Position numbers and translations under genes: made by a program | Source: Acidimicrobiales bacterium | Lineage (GTDB): Bacteria; Actinomycetota; Acidimicrobiia; Acidimicrobiales; Bog-793 | Direction: 5' to 3' | DNA: 64,000 nt | Assembly (NCBI GenBank): GCA_052143575.1 | Contig: JBKQSP010000055.1 | Span: 4,880 to 68,879, forward strand | Part shown: in pieces, positions 1 through 8,779 of the stretch | How positions within the stretch are numbered: the first letter of the stretch is position 1 | How the letters are laid out: the number at the start of each line of letters is the position of its first letter | The notes under the pieces: model-generated | What the model was told of the DNA's origin: nothing | The model's input: only the letters and a program-made list of their open reading frames with translations | The model's database searches: none

Positions 1-1362
1 GAGAGGTGGCTGTCCCGTACCCCGCTCGGGTTGGCCGTGGGCTCGATCCCCCACGTCGTGCCGTTCCATGCCTCCGCCAGCGTCACCTCTTCTCCGCCCC
101 TTGTGGTGTAGCTCGCCACCGCGCTGCACGACGTTGCCAAGGTGCAGGACACCTCGGAGAGAGAACTGCCACGCGACGCCGTTGGGTTGAGACTGGGCTC
201 GATCGTCCACGTCGTGCCGTTCCACGCCTCCACCAGCGTCACGTCAGCGCCGAAGGCGGTGCCCTCGCCGCCCACTGCCGTACATGCCGCGGCCGAGGTG
301 CACGACACACCGAGGAGGGAGTCGTTGCCCGACCCGCTCGGGTTCGGGGTGTGCTCGATCGCGAATGTCGCCCCGCTCCAGGCTTCTGCCAGGGTCCCAC
401 TGGGGCCGGATCCTACGGCGGTGCATACCGTGGCCGAGGTGTACGACACTCCGGACAGCGCTGAGATGATCTTCTGCGCGCCAGTCGGGTTGGGGGTGTG
501 CTCGATCGCCCACCTCGCCCCGTTCCAGGCTTCCACGAGCGTCCCACCGTGACCGCTGCCGACGGCGGTGCACGTGGTCGCCGAGGTGCACGACACCCCC
601 GAGAAGAAGTTGTCAGCTCCGCTCGGGTTGGGGGTCGGCACGGTCGCCCACCTCCTCCCGTTCCAGGTTTCCACGAGCGTCCCGTGGATGTGTGCTTCGG
701 TGTAGGCGCAGACACCGGCTGGCCCGTTGTAGTAGTCCCCCACGGCCGTGCACGCACTCTCCGAGGTGCATGACACCCCCGAGAGGGACGCCCCGCTCGG
801 GCTGGGGTGGGCTCGATCGTCCACCTCGTTCGGTCCCAGGCCTCAGCCAACGCCCCGTTGCCGCGTCCGACAGCCACGCAGGCGGTGGCTGACGTGCACG
901 ACACCCCCGAGAGGGAGCTGTAGAGCGCCCCCCCGGGTTGGGGGACGGCTCGACCGCCCACGTCGTTCCGTTCCAGGCCTCCACCAACGTACGGCTGCGA
1001 CCCGCTCCGTCGGTGGAACTCCCCACGGCAACGCACGCCGAGGCCGAGGTGCAGGACACCCCCGAGAGTGAGCTGTTCTCCGGCCCCGTGGCGTTGGGAG
1101 TGGGCTCGATCTCGTTCGGCACGATCACCGGTTTCTTCGGCATCGTAGACGTGGGGTGGTTCGCCGGATGATGCACCAAGTTGAGGTGCGGGAATGGGAT
1201 CACGAATACGGCGACCAAGGCGACAACGACGATGGCGGACAGCACGATCCTTCGACGTCTGGCGAGTTGGGACGAGCGTCGGGTGAGCTCGTTGATCGGG
1301 AGCGGCGGACGGAGCGGCGGGGTGCTTGCGAGCTCTCTCAGCTGTTCCTCAACCCGCTTCAT
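1..1362 (-). pseudogene. Membrane-anchored tandem-repeat protein downstream of the ECF sigma factor (putative anti-sigma or sigma-associated sensor). Apparently frameshifted twice and truncated by the window edge.
   Basis: Its ATG at 1362 overlaps the sigma stop (ATGA, 1359-1362). The N-terminus is MKRVEEQLRELAS..., followed by one TM helix (IVLSAIVVVALVAVFVIPF) and then repeats of the form SGVSCTSxxxCxAVG...TLVEAWNGTTWxIEPxPNP. The repeat pattern continues in reverse frame 0 (1362 to ~935), frame 1 (~934 to ~806) and frame 2 (~805 to 1, with no stop before the edge). Confidence 0.6.
40..1000. repeat. Seven diverged tandem coding repeats with a period of about 150 bp (~50 aa)
   Basis: The conserved core on the plus strand, gctcgatcg-ccacgtcgtgccgttcca-gcctcc-accagcgtcac, recurs near 45-95, 200-245, 352-400, 500-545, 645-690, 805-850 and 950-995. 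It encodes L(V/A)EAWNGxxWxIEP on the minus strand. Confidence 0.85.
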
Positions 1363-1871
1363 GGCAACCCCTCCAGGCCCCCCAGCGCGATGGGAGGAAG
1401 GCCGTCGCGACCGAGAGTGGCTGCCTTGGCATCGGCGAGCGTCGAAGCAACGGTGGACCGCGATATGTGCAGCATTCTCGCCACCTCGCCCTGAGGAAGA
1501 TCGGCGACGTAGGTCAGTGCCAGCACGGTCCGCTGGCGAGCGGTCAGTGGCTTCATGGCGTCGAGTACCTGAAGCCAGAGGGAGAGATCGTGTTCACCAG
1601 CTGACTCCTCGTTGGCAGCGAACACGAGCTGGTCCTCCCGTCTCTGGCGACGGAGGCGTCTGCGCAGCTGGTTCAAAGCCACTCGGTAGGTCCAGCCCGT
1701 CGGCGAGCTCATCGCCCCCACCCGGTGCCCCCGAGCCAGGGCGCGTGCAAAGGCCTCGTCTGTGGCCTCGCTGGCGGCATCCGGGTTGCCCGACACGACG
1801 GTCAGCACGGCCAGCACGCGAGCGTGGTTCTCCGAGTACCAGCCCTCGAACCCGCTATAGCTATCGCTCAT
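1359..1871 (-). CDS. ECF-type RNA polymerase sigma-70 family factor (170 aa)
   Basis: Region 2-like segment EATDEAFARALARGHRVGAMSSPTGWTYRVALNQLRRRLRR. Region 4 HTH segment LTARQRTVLALTYVADLPQGEVARMLHISRSTVASTLADAK. The size is typical of the ECF group. Confidence 0.85.
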   Translation of the reverse strand: MSDSYSGFEGWYSENHARVLAVLTVVSGNPDAASEATDEAFARALARGHRVGAMSSPTGWTYRVALNQLRRRLRRQRREDQLVFAANEESAGEHDLSLWLQVLDAMKPLTARQRTVLALTYVADLPQGEVARMLHISRSTVASTLADAKAATLGRDGLPPIALGGLEGLP

Positions 1872-2097
1872 CGCCTGGCGCTCCCGGCCCCATGTCTAAT
1901 AAGTCACGGGTACTTCATTTTGTTGGGCGCGGCGAAGGAATTCTTCCCTTGAGGCGGATCACTCCTTGGTAGGCGCGGCGATCGCGAGCGCGGGCAAACC
2001 CGGCGACGGGCTCACTACGAGGAGCGAGGCTCCACAGGACAAAGCCGTGTACGGCAAGGGTGTCTGTCGGTTTTAGACGTGTGAGCTGGCGTGTGAG

Positions 2098-2170
2098 CTG
2101 GCGGGGGAGGGCTCGAACCTCCAACCTCCTGATCCAAAGTCAGGCGTTCTGCCGATTGAACTACCCGCCA
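2098..2170 (-). tRNA. tRNA-Gln (anticodon UUG), 73 nt, no encoded CCA
   Basis: Manual cloverleaf on the minus strand: TGGCGGG TA GTTC AATCGGCA GAAC G CCTGA CTTTGGA TCAGG AGGTT GGAGG TTCGAGC CCTCC CCCGCCA G. There is a 7-bp acceptor stem with U1-A72, a TTCGAGC T-loop, and anticodon TTG in a 7-nt loop. Confidence 0.9.
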
Positions 2171-2281
2171 AGGGTGGGCGGCGCCGGAGCCGGAGCTGAG
2201 GCGGCCTGACAAGCCTCGCACACGGCGGGGGCGAGGCGGGCGGCTCGCCGACCGAGCCGGAAGAACCCGACCCGGAAGTCG

Positions 2282-3019
2282 TCAGCGAGATGCCGCCAAC
2301 GTGTGGCCGCAGGCGCCACAGTAGATGAGGGTGACAGCCCCAAAGCCACGGCGGCGGCTCAAGGCACCTGGTGCTTCCGGTGACACGGTGGCGATCGCCA
2401 ACACGTCGCTCAGTCGCTTCCCGCAGCCCGGGCACGCCGGAGGCACAACGGCTGGCGACGGGCCGCTCTTCTCGTCTCTCGGGCCTGCCGGGCTCGGTGC
2501 GACGACGGTGAGCTCCGCCGCCTCGTCGCTGGCACCGCCGTCCTGGTCGAACGGGCCCCCCACGACGGCAAGGTCCGTGACGATGCGCTCGACGGCCGCC
2601 CGCGCCTCGAGGACCTCCTCCCGCAGCTCGGCAAGGTCGACACCCATGTCGTGCAGCAGCAGGGCCGCCACGCCACTGGCTTGCCGGATGATCCCGAGGA
2701 GGAGATGCTCGGGTCGCACCTCATCGTCGTCGAGCGCCTCCGCCTCGCCGGTCGCGAGGGTCAGCACCTGCTTTGCTCGAGCCGTCAGGGGCTGCGCGTT
2801 GTCGGAGCCGTCGCGGCCGCTTCCGGGTCTGGCCACCTGCGCCCGCACCTCGACGGCGACGATCCCGTGCTTGGACAGCAGCGGTGCCGCGATGTCGTCG
2901 TCGCAAGCGAGCAGGCCGAGCAGGACGTGCTCGGTCCCGGTGAATTCCTGATGGAGACCGGCCGCCTCGTGGCGAGCGATGGCGAGCACCTTCTCACTCT
3001 CAGCGCTGAGGGTATCCAT
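2282..3019 (-). CDS. Clp N-terminal (Clp_N repeat) domain protein with a C-terminal Cys4 zinc-ribbon-like tail
   Basis: Two Clp_N-type repeats: VLAIARHEAAGLHQEFTGTEHVLLGLL and AKQVLTLATGEAEALDDDEVRPEHLLLGII. The tail carries CPGCG...CGACG. No AAA+ module follows. Confidence 0.75.
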   Translation of the reverse strand: MDTLSAESEKVLAIARHEAAGLHQEFTGTEHVLLGLLACDDDIAAPLLSKHGIVAVEVRAQVARPGSGRDGSDNAQPLTARAKQVLTLATGEAEALDDDEVRPEHLLLGIIRQASGVAALLLHDMGVDLAELREEVLEARAAVERIVTDLAVVGGPFDQDGGASDEAAELTVVAPSPAGPRDEKSGPSPAVVPPACPGCGKRLSDVLAIATVSPEAPGALSRRRGFGAVTLIYCGACGHTLAASR

Positions 3020-3190
3020 CGATCTCCGACGCTATCGGGCGCCGTCATGGCACTGGCGGCAGGCCACGCATCGGGCGCCGCACGGGAGCGGCGCGCCTCG
3101 CGGGCGGCAGAGACTGGCGACTTCGCCGGGCGCTACGACTGGCTGGCGCGGACCGTCCCCTCCCCCGGACCGGCTAACCTCGGCCACGCC

Positions 3191-3292
3191 ATGGGTTCCC
3201 TCATCAAGAAGCGCCGTAAGCGCATGCGCAAGAAGAAGCACAAGAAGATGCTGAAGCGCACGCGCTGGCAGCGTCGAGCAGCCGGGAAGTAA
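3191..3292 (+). CDS. Small basic protein, actinobacterial ribosomal protein bS22-like (33 aa)
   Basis: ATG at 3191. Translation: MGSLIKKRRKRMRKKKHKKMLKRTRWQRRAAGK. It closely matches the bS22 sequence pattern I remember (MGSVIKKRRKRM.KKKHRKLL..TR.QRR). It is below the ORF-track length cut-off. Confidence 0.75.
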   Translation: MGSLIKKRRKRMRKKKHKKMLKRTRWQRRAAGK

Positions 3293-3315
3293 GCCCGAAC
3301 CGCACGGTCCTCCCG

Positions 3316-4134
3316 TCAGGACGCTGCGATCGTGCGAACCAGCTCGACGACAGCCGACCTACCCTCGGCGACAACGGTTGCGGAGATCTGCTCCTGAAGC
3401 GTCACCAGCACGTCGCGATCGCCGTCCAGCCACCACGTCCCACCGCTTCCGGCAAGCCGCGGCGGGCGGCCGGCCACGTCGCTCAGGAGACTCCGCCACC
3501 AGGCCAGTCGCGGTTCGACGATCAATGCTGCCGGCTCGAGATCGTTGCCGGAGCCGCCCACCGGTCCTCCGAGCGAGTCCCAGGCGGCGTAGACCTCCGG
3601 CGTGGACACCGTGAGGCGGGGGACGACCAACAGCACGTCGGCCTCCTCGTAGGCGAGCGGCTGCACGATCTCGCCGACACCGCCGACGAGCGCCCGTCCC
3701 CCCGCGAGGCAGAAGGGCACGTCTGCGCCGAGACGGGCGGCGACCTCGAGGTCGGAGCAACCCGCCCAGCGCAGCACGGCAGCGGCATCCGCCGAGCCGC
3801 CGCCGAGGCCGGCGCCGGCGGGAATGACCTTGCGCAGCCGGACCTGGGCGGATCGCCCGACGGCGTGCAACGCACGCTCAACGAGGTTCGGGGCGGGCCG
3901 CTGCCGGCTGTCCGGAGCCAGCAGCGACGGCGCCGGCGCGAGGACAGGCGGTCCCTCCTGCCCGACCCAGTCGACGGCGTCGATGACCTCGAGCCCGTCG
4001 CCGGCCGAGATCTCGAGCTCGTCGGCGAGGTCCAGGGTGACCATCTCGGCCTCGAGGAGGTGATAGCCGTCGGACCGCCGGCCCACGACCCGCAGTCGGC
4101 GGGTCAGCTTTGCGGGTGCCCTGACGACGGTCAC
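3316..4134 (-). CDS. ispE: 4-diphosphocytidyl-2-C-methyl-D-erythritol kinase
   Basis: GHMP-kinase motif KVIPAGAGLGGGSADAAA, with the N-terminus VVRAPAKLTRRLRVVGRRSDGYH. A GTG at 4134 overlaps the rsmA stop (GTGA). The upstream part of ORF 3316..4638 is Arg/Gly junk. Confidence 0.85.
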   Translation of the reverse strand: MTVVRAPAKLTRRLRVVGRRSDGYHLLEAEMVTLDLADELEISAGDGLEVIDAVDWVGQEGPPVLAPAPSLLAPDSRQRPAPNLVERALHAVGRSAQVRLRKVIPAGAGLGGGSADAAAVLRWAGCSDLEVAARLGADVPFCLAGGRALVGGVGEIVQPLAYEEADVLLVVPRLTVSTPEVYAAWDSLGGPVGGSGNDLEPAALIVEPRLAWWRSLLSDVAGRPPRLAGSGGTWWLDGDRDVLVTLQEQISATVVAEGRSAVVELVRTIAAS

Positions 4135-4994
4135 CCCGTCCCGGCGATCTCGAACAGCCGCTTGCATTCGGCCAGCTTGCCCCACGACACGACACCCAGC
4201 TCCTCCGGCCGTCGAGTGGGTTCGATGCCGGCGGCGACGAACGCCTCCTCGCTCACGAGGCCGGCAAGGGAACGCCGCAGCATCTTGCGGCGCCCCGAGA
4301 AACCCGCCCGCACGAGCCGGTCGATCTCCTCGAAGCTCGCCACCTCCGGCGCAACGGCCGGTGCCGGACGCCGCACGATCTCCACGAGCACGGACTCGAC
4401 GTTGGGTCGCGGGAGGAAGACGTCGGCGGGAACTCTCGCCACGACCTTCGCCTCGGCGAAGTAGGCGACCCGCACCGAGACGGCACCGTAGGCGCGAGAG
4501 CCCGGTCCGGCCGCCAGTCGCTCGCCCACCTCGCGTTGCACCATCACGAGCATGCGGCTGACGGCCGGCACGCCGACGAGGAGGTCGGCGACGAGCGGCG
4601 TGGCGATGTTGTAGGGGAGGTTGGCAACGAGCACCCACGGCCGATCGTCGGTGGCGCTGCCGAGCAGGGCGGCCCAGTCACAGGTCATGGCGTCATCGCG
4701 GACGACCGTGACGCCGAGCGGCTCGACGAGCTGGCGGAGCACCGGCTCGAGGTAGCGGTCGATCTCGACGGCGAGCACCTCGGCGCCCGTGGCGGCCAGT
4801 GCGATCGTGAGGGAGCCGAGCCCGGCCCCGATCTCGACGACTCGGTCGCCGGCGCCGACGGCGGCGAGGCGGGCAACCCGCTCGACGAGGTTTGGATCTG
4901 CCACGAAATTCTGGCCGAGGGCCCGCGACGGAGAGATGCCGTGGTCGGCCAAGAGGGCGGCGATCTCGGCCCGCCCGGGCGATCGCCGGCTCAT
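4131..4994 (-). CDS. rsmA: 16S rRNA (adenine1518/1519-N6)-dimethyltransferase
   Basis: LGQNFVADPNLVERV plus the SAM motif VVEIGAGLGSLT and the NLPYNIATP motif. It sits next to ispE, the conserved arrangement. Confidence 0.92.
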   Translation of the reverse strand: MSRRSPGRAEIAALLADHGISPSRALGQNFVADPNLVERVARLAAVGAGDRVVEIGAGLGSLTIALAATGAEVLAVEIDRYLEPVLRQLVEPLGVTVVRDDAMTCDWAALLGSATDDRPWVLVANLPYNIATPLVADLLVGVPAVSRMLVMVQREVGERLAAGPGSRAYGAVSVRVAYFAEAKVVARVPADVFLPRPNVESVLVEIVRRPAPAVAPEVASFEEIDRLVRAGFSGRRKMLRRSLAGLVSEEAFVAAGIEPTRRPEELGVVSWGKLAECKRLFEIAGTG

Positions 4995-5046
4995 CGTGGT
5001 GCCGCTGTCTCGACGACGGCGCCGCTGCCGCCCCCGCCGATGTCGC

Positions 5047-5964
5047 TCAACCGTGCAGGTCGAACACCACAGCGGCGTTGGACGTCGTCGCCTGGGCGAT
5101 CGCCGCCTCCTCGAGACCTTTCAGACCGGCGATCTGAGCGCCGATGATGGGCACGTAGGAGGGCTCGTTGGACTTGCCACGATGTGGCACGGGCGTGAGG
5201 AAGGGGGCGTCGGTCTCCACGAGCATGCGGTCGACCGGGCACATCGCTGCCGCCTCACGGACGGCCGTGGCGCTCGGGAACGTCACGATCCCGCTGAAGG
5301 AGAGGTAGGCGCCGCGATCGAGGCAGGCTCGGGCTTCACCGGGTCCGCCCGTGAAGCAGTGGAACACGACGCGGGAAGGCGCTCCCTCGCGGTCGAGGAT
5401 GGCAAGGGTGTCGTCCCAGGCTTCTCGCGTGTGAATCACGAGCGCCAGCCCGTACTGGTTGGCGAAGGCGATCTGGGCGGCAAAGGCGTCACGCTGCTCG
5501 TCGCGGGGCGAGTGGTCGTAGTGGTAGTCGAGGCCGCACTCCCCCACCGCCACGACCCGCGAGGACGACAGCCCGGCGGCGTACAGCTCGCGGAGGAAGC
5601 GCCCGACACCGCCGACGCCGCTGCTGGCATCGTGCGGGTGCAAACCGACCGTCGACCAGATCTGGACGGGCGGGGCCCCCGAGCCGCTGAGCGCAGCCGC
5701 CAGGCGGGCGGCGTCGCGCGACGTCGGCTCGTCCGTGCCCACGAAGACCATGCGGCGGGCACCCGACTCCCGGCTCCGCTCGAGCGCCGCCTCGAGGTCG
5801 TCGGAGGACTGCAGGTGACAGTGGCTGTCGGTCCAGAGGGGAAGGGCAGAGAGGCGCTCAACCGCCTCGGCGCTCCTCGGGCCGGCGGCGGCCTCGGAGC
5901 CCGCTTCGCCCGCCCCCTTCTCGCCACGGCGTCCCCCGCCGAAGATCCGTCCCAGCATGCTCAT
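5047..5964 (-). CDS. tatD: TatD-family metal-dependent hydrolase (DNase)
   Basis: WTDSHCHLQ N-terminal His motif, GECGLDYHY, VIHTREA, VFHCFTG and LVETDAPFLTPVPHRGK. Its ATG at 5964 overlaps the metG stop. Confidence 0.88.
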   Translation of the reverse strand: MSMLGRIFGGGRRGEKGAGEAGSEAAAGPRSAEAVERLSALPLWTDSHCHLQSSDDLEAALERSRESGARRMVFVGTDEPTSRDAARLAAALSGSGAPPVQIWSTVGLHPHDASSGVGGVGRFLRELYAAGLSSSRVVAVGECGLDYHYDHSPRDEQRDAFAAQIAFANQYGLALVIHTREAWDDTLAILDREGAPSRVVFHCFTGGPGEARACLDRGAYLSFSGIVTFPSATAVREAAAMCPVDRMLVETDAPFLTPVPHRGKSNEPSYVPIIGAQIAGLKGLEEAAIAQATTSNAAVVFDLHG

Positions 5965-7499
5965 TCTGGCTCGACCTCCCGGCGGGGAAAGAGGGGGGCC
6001 CCTTTTTCGACGGGCAGGCCGCCCGGGTAGCCTCCCCAGGCGAGCACGCCGTGCTCGCCGGCATTACCGGCAAGACCGGGATCGCCCTCGAGCCCGATGC
6101 GCCGCCAGATCTCCTTTGCCGTGTCGCGCAACACCGGTGAGATCAGCACAGCAACGATTCGTAGCACCTCCAGTGCCTCACCAAGAACAGCGTCGAGGTC
6201 GGCGCCCGGCTCGAGCTTCCACGGCTGCACGACCTCCAGCTCGGCATTGGCCGCCCGGATGAGTCGCCAGGTCGTCTCGAGCCCTTCGTGGGGCGCGAAA
6301 GCCCGCCAGTGGGCGATGACGGCGGGCGTCAGCTCGGCGGCGGCCCGTGCGAGGCGTGACCCGTCAGCGGCGCTGCGCGGTGCCGGCCCGATTCCGTTGC
6401 ACTTCGAGGCAACGACCGAGCTGACCCGCGAGAGCAGATTGCCGAGGTTGTTGGCCAGATCCGAGTTGTAGCGGGCGACGAGACCCTCGTAGCTGAACTC
6501 GCCGTCCGAGCCGAGACCGACCTCCCGCAGCAGGTAGTAGCGGACGGCGTCGTTCCCGATGTCGGCCGCCAGCTCGACGGGGTAGATCTGGTTGAAGGCG
6601 CTCTTCGCCATCTTCTTGCCGCCGACGAGGAGGAAGCCCGTCACGAGGTACGAAGCCGGCGGGTCGATGCCGGCCGCCATGCACATGGCCGGCCACCACA
6701 CGCAGTGGAAACGGATGATGTCCTTGCCGATCAAGTGGCAGACGGCCGGCCACCAGCGCTCGAAGCGCTCCGGGTCGCTCGGGTAGCCGATGGCCGAGAT
6801 GTAGTTGACGAGGGCGTCGTACCACACGTAGAAGACGTGACCTTCGTCCCAGGGAACCGTGATCCCCCAGTCGATGGACGTCCGCGTGATCGAGATGTCC
6901 AGCAGACCGCCGCGGATGATGCCGAGCGCCTCGTTGCGCCGGGTCTCCGGGAAGATGGCGTCGGGGTGCTCGCCGTACCACTCGAGGAGCCGGTCCGAGA
7001 AACGGCTCAGCTCGAAGAACCAGTTGTCCTCTCTGAACCACTCGACGGGCCGCTCGTGCACGGGGCAGCGCTGCCCGGAGAGCAGCTCCGCCTCGGTGTA
7101 GTAAGCCTCGCACGACACGCAGTACCAACCCTCGTAGGTGCCCTTGCGCAGGTAGCCGTTGTCGTAGATCGCCTGCATGAAGGCCTGCACGGTGCGGTGG
7201 TGGCGGGGCTCGGTCGTGCGGATGAAGTCGTCGTTGGCGATCCGCAGCTCGCTCCAGGCATCCCGGAAGCGCTGCGAGAGCTGGTCGGTCCATGCCTTCG
7301 GTTCCATGTTGTTCTGCTCGGCCGAGCGCAGGACCTTGAGGCCGTGCTCGTCCGTGCCGGTCAGGAAGAAGACGTCGTCGCCTTCGAGGCGGTGCCAGGC
7401 GGCGAGGGCGTCGGCCACGATCGTGGCGTAGCCGTTGCCGAGATGGGGGACGTCGTTGACGTAGAAGATCGGGGTGGTCACATAGAAGCGGCCGGCCAT
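5961..7499 (-). CDS. metG: Methionyl-tRNA synthetase
   Basis: The class I aaRS motif is seen as PIFYVNDVPHLGNGY, with KMAKS in place of KMSKS. 512 aa. Confidence 0.95.
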   Translation of the reverse strand: MAGRFYVTTPIFYVNDVPHLGNGYATIVADALAAWHRLEGDDVFFLTGTDEHGLKVLRSAEQNNMEPKAWTDQLSQRFRDAWSELRIANDDFIRTTEPRHHRTVQAFMQAIYDNGYLRKGTYEGWYCVSCEAYYTEAELLSGQRCPVHERPVEWFREDNWFFELSRFSDRLLEWYGEHPDAIFPETRRNEALGIIRGGLLDISITRTSIDWGITVPWDEGHVFYVWYDALVNYISAIGYPSDPERFERWWPAVCHLIGKDIIRFHCVWWPAMCMAAGIDPPASYLVTGFLLVGGKKMAKSAFNQIYPVELAADIGNDAVRYYLLREVGLGSDGEFSYEGLVARYNSDLANNLGNLLSRVSSVVASKCNGIGPAPRSAADGSRLARAAAELTPAVIAHWRAFAPHEGLETTWRLIRAANAELEVVQPWKLEPGADLDAVLGEALEVLRIVAVLISPVLRDTAKEIWRRIGLEGDPGLAGNAGEHGVLAWGGYPGGLPVEKGAPLFPRREVEPE

Positions 7500-7508
7500 G
7501 GGGCGAGC

Positions 7509-8408
7509 CTACCGATCGCCCGCGGTCCCCCCTGGCGAGCGCCCGGCTCGGATGGCGGCTTCATAGACCGTACTGCGGGCGATCCCGAGCCGCACCGCCA
7601 CCTCTCGCGCCGCGTCGCGGCGGGAGGAGCCCGCCAGCACGAGTGCCGCCACCGCCTCCGCAAGCTCATCGTTGCTCGTGAGGCGAGCGGGTCGGGCGCT
7701 CGGCTCGTCGCCGGCGATCACGAGCACGAACTCGCCGCGAGGCTGCGTGGTCGCCGCGTAGTCAGCCGCCTCGGCAAGGCTCGAGCGTCGCACCTCCTCG
7801 TGCAGCTTGGTCAGCTCCCTGCAGACGGCGACGCGGCGCTCCGGCCCACAGATTTGTGCTAGCTCGGACAGGGTCGCTCCCAGCCGACGGGGCGACTCGT
7901 AACAGACGCTCGGGCACGGTGAGGTGGCGACGTCCGCCAGTCGCTTGGCGCGCTCTGTGCCCTTCCTCGGCAGAAACCCCTCGAACCGCCACCTCGAGAG
8001 CCCCATGCCCGAAACGACGAGGGCCGCCAGCACGGCCGAAGGCCCCGGCACGACGCTCACGCGGCAGCCGCTCTCGACGGCCGCCGCCACGAGACGCTCG
8101 CCCGGGTCCGAGATGGCGGGCGTGCCCGCATCGCTCACGAGCGCCACGGTGCGCCCGGCGCCGAGCTCCTCGAGCAGCATCGGCACCCGCTCGCCTTCGT
8201 TGTGGGCGTGCAGCGAAAGGAGGCGTTTCGTGCCGATCCCGAGGCGCTTCAGCATCGTCCCCGTGTGGCGGGTGTCCTCGCAGCAGACGATGTCTGCCGC
8301 CGAGAGCGTGGCGGCCGCCCGCGGCGAGAGGTCCCCGAGGTTGCCGATCGGCGTCGACACGAGGACGAGCTCGCCGGCCGGGCCACCGCCCGCAGGCGGA
8401 TCGCTCAC
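7509..8408 (-). CDS. rsmI: 16S rRNA (cytidine1402-2'-O)-methyltransferase
   Basis: LVLVSTPIGNLGDLSPRA, VCCEDTRHTG, ALVSDAGTPAISDPG and CRELTKLHEE. A GTG at 8408 overlaps the upstream stop (GTGA). The longer ORF to 8750 is a spurious extension. Confidence 0.9.
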   Translation of the reverse strand: MSDPPAGGGPAGELVLVSTPIGNLGDLSPRAAATLSAADIVCCEDTRHTGTMLKRLGIGTKRLLSLHAHNEGERVPMLLEELGAGRTVALVSDAGTPAISDPGERLVAAAVESGCRVSVVPGPSAVLAALVVSGMGLSRWRFEGFLPRKGTERAKRLADVATSPCPSVCYESPRRLGATLSELAQICGPERRVAVCRELTKLHEEVRRSSLAEAADYAATTQPRGEFVLVIAGDEPSARPARLTSNDELAEAVAALVLAGSSRRDAAREVAVRLGIARSTVYEAAIRAGRSPGGTAGDR

Positions 8409-8734
8409 GCTTTGATCTCCAGGCGGTCGCCCGCTTTGAGGCCCCACCGCTCGAAGGCACCCGCCTCCGCCTCCAGCACCGACCGAGCGCGTCGTCTCGG
8501 CAGCGCCATCGAATGCCGGCGCAGGATCACGGTGTCGACGACGACGAGGTCCTTGTCGAGGTATGCGACATCGATGGCAAAACGCATCCCGAGGGAGTGG
8601 ACGCCCCGCGTGTGGGTGAGCAGCATGGCGCCGGTCGTGCCGGTGCGGCCGAGCAGACCCCGATTGCGGGCGATGAACGAGTCGGCGATCTCCAGACTCG
8701 CCAGCACCTGCCCGTCGCGTAGCAGCCACGCCAT
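8405..8734 (-). CDS. DUF192-family protein (109 aa)
   Basis: MAWLLRDGQVLASLEIADSFIARNRGLLGR...GVHSLGMRFAIDVAYLD...VLEAEAGAFERWGLKAGDRLE matches the DUF192 pattern. The start is taken at the internal ATG 8734. Confidence 0.7.
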   Translation of the reverse strand: MAWLLRDGQVLASLEIADSFIARNRGLLGRTGTTGAMLLTHTRGVHSLGMRFAIDVAYLDKDLVVVDTVILRRHSMALPRRRARSVLEAEAGAFERWGLKAGDRLEIKA

Positions 8735-8779
8735 GAGGGGATTCTGACATGCCGGCTGCCCGCTACACTTCCCGGCACT

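Noticed and set aside
1-1000. CRISPR-like array, suggested by the regular ~150-bp periodicity at the left edge.
   Set aside because: The repeats are diverged rather than identical and there is no repeat/spacer alternation. The whole tract translates into a coherent protein repeat. No cas genes are present in the window.
3316-4638. Long N-terminal extensions of real genes in the ORF track: ispE to 4638, rsmI to 8750, the NRAMP gene to 20457, dprA to 49954, rplS to 56928, trmD to 57580, ffh to 60790 and kdpE to 38922.
   Set aside because: The extensions are Arg/Pro-rich junk that overlap the upstream gene. Each true start sits at an ATGA, GTGA or TGATG junction with the upstream stop, and the conserved N-terminal motifs begin there.
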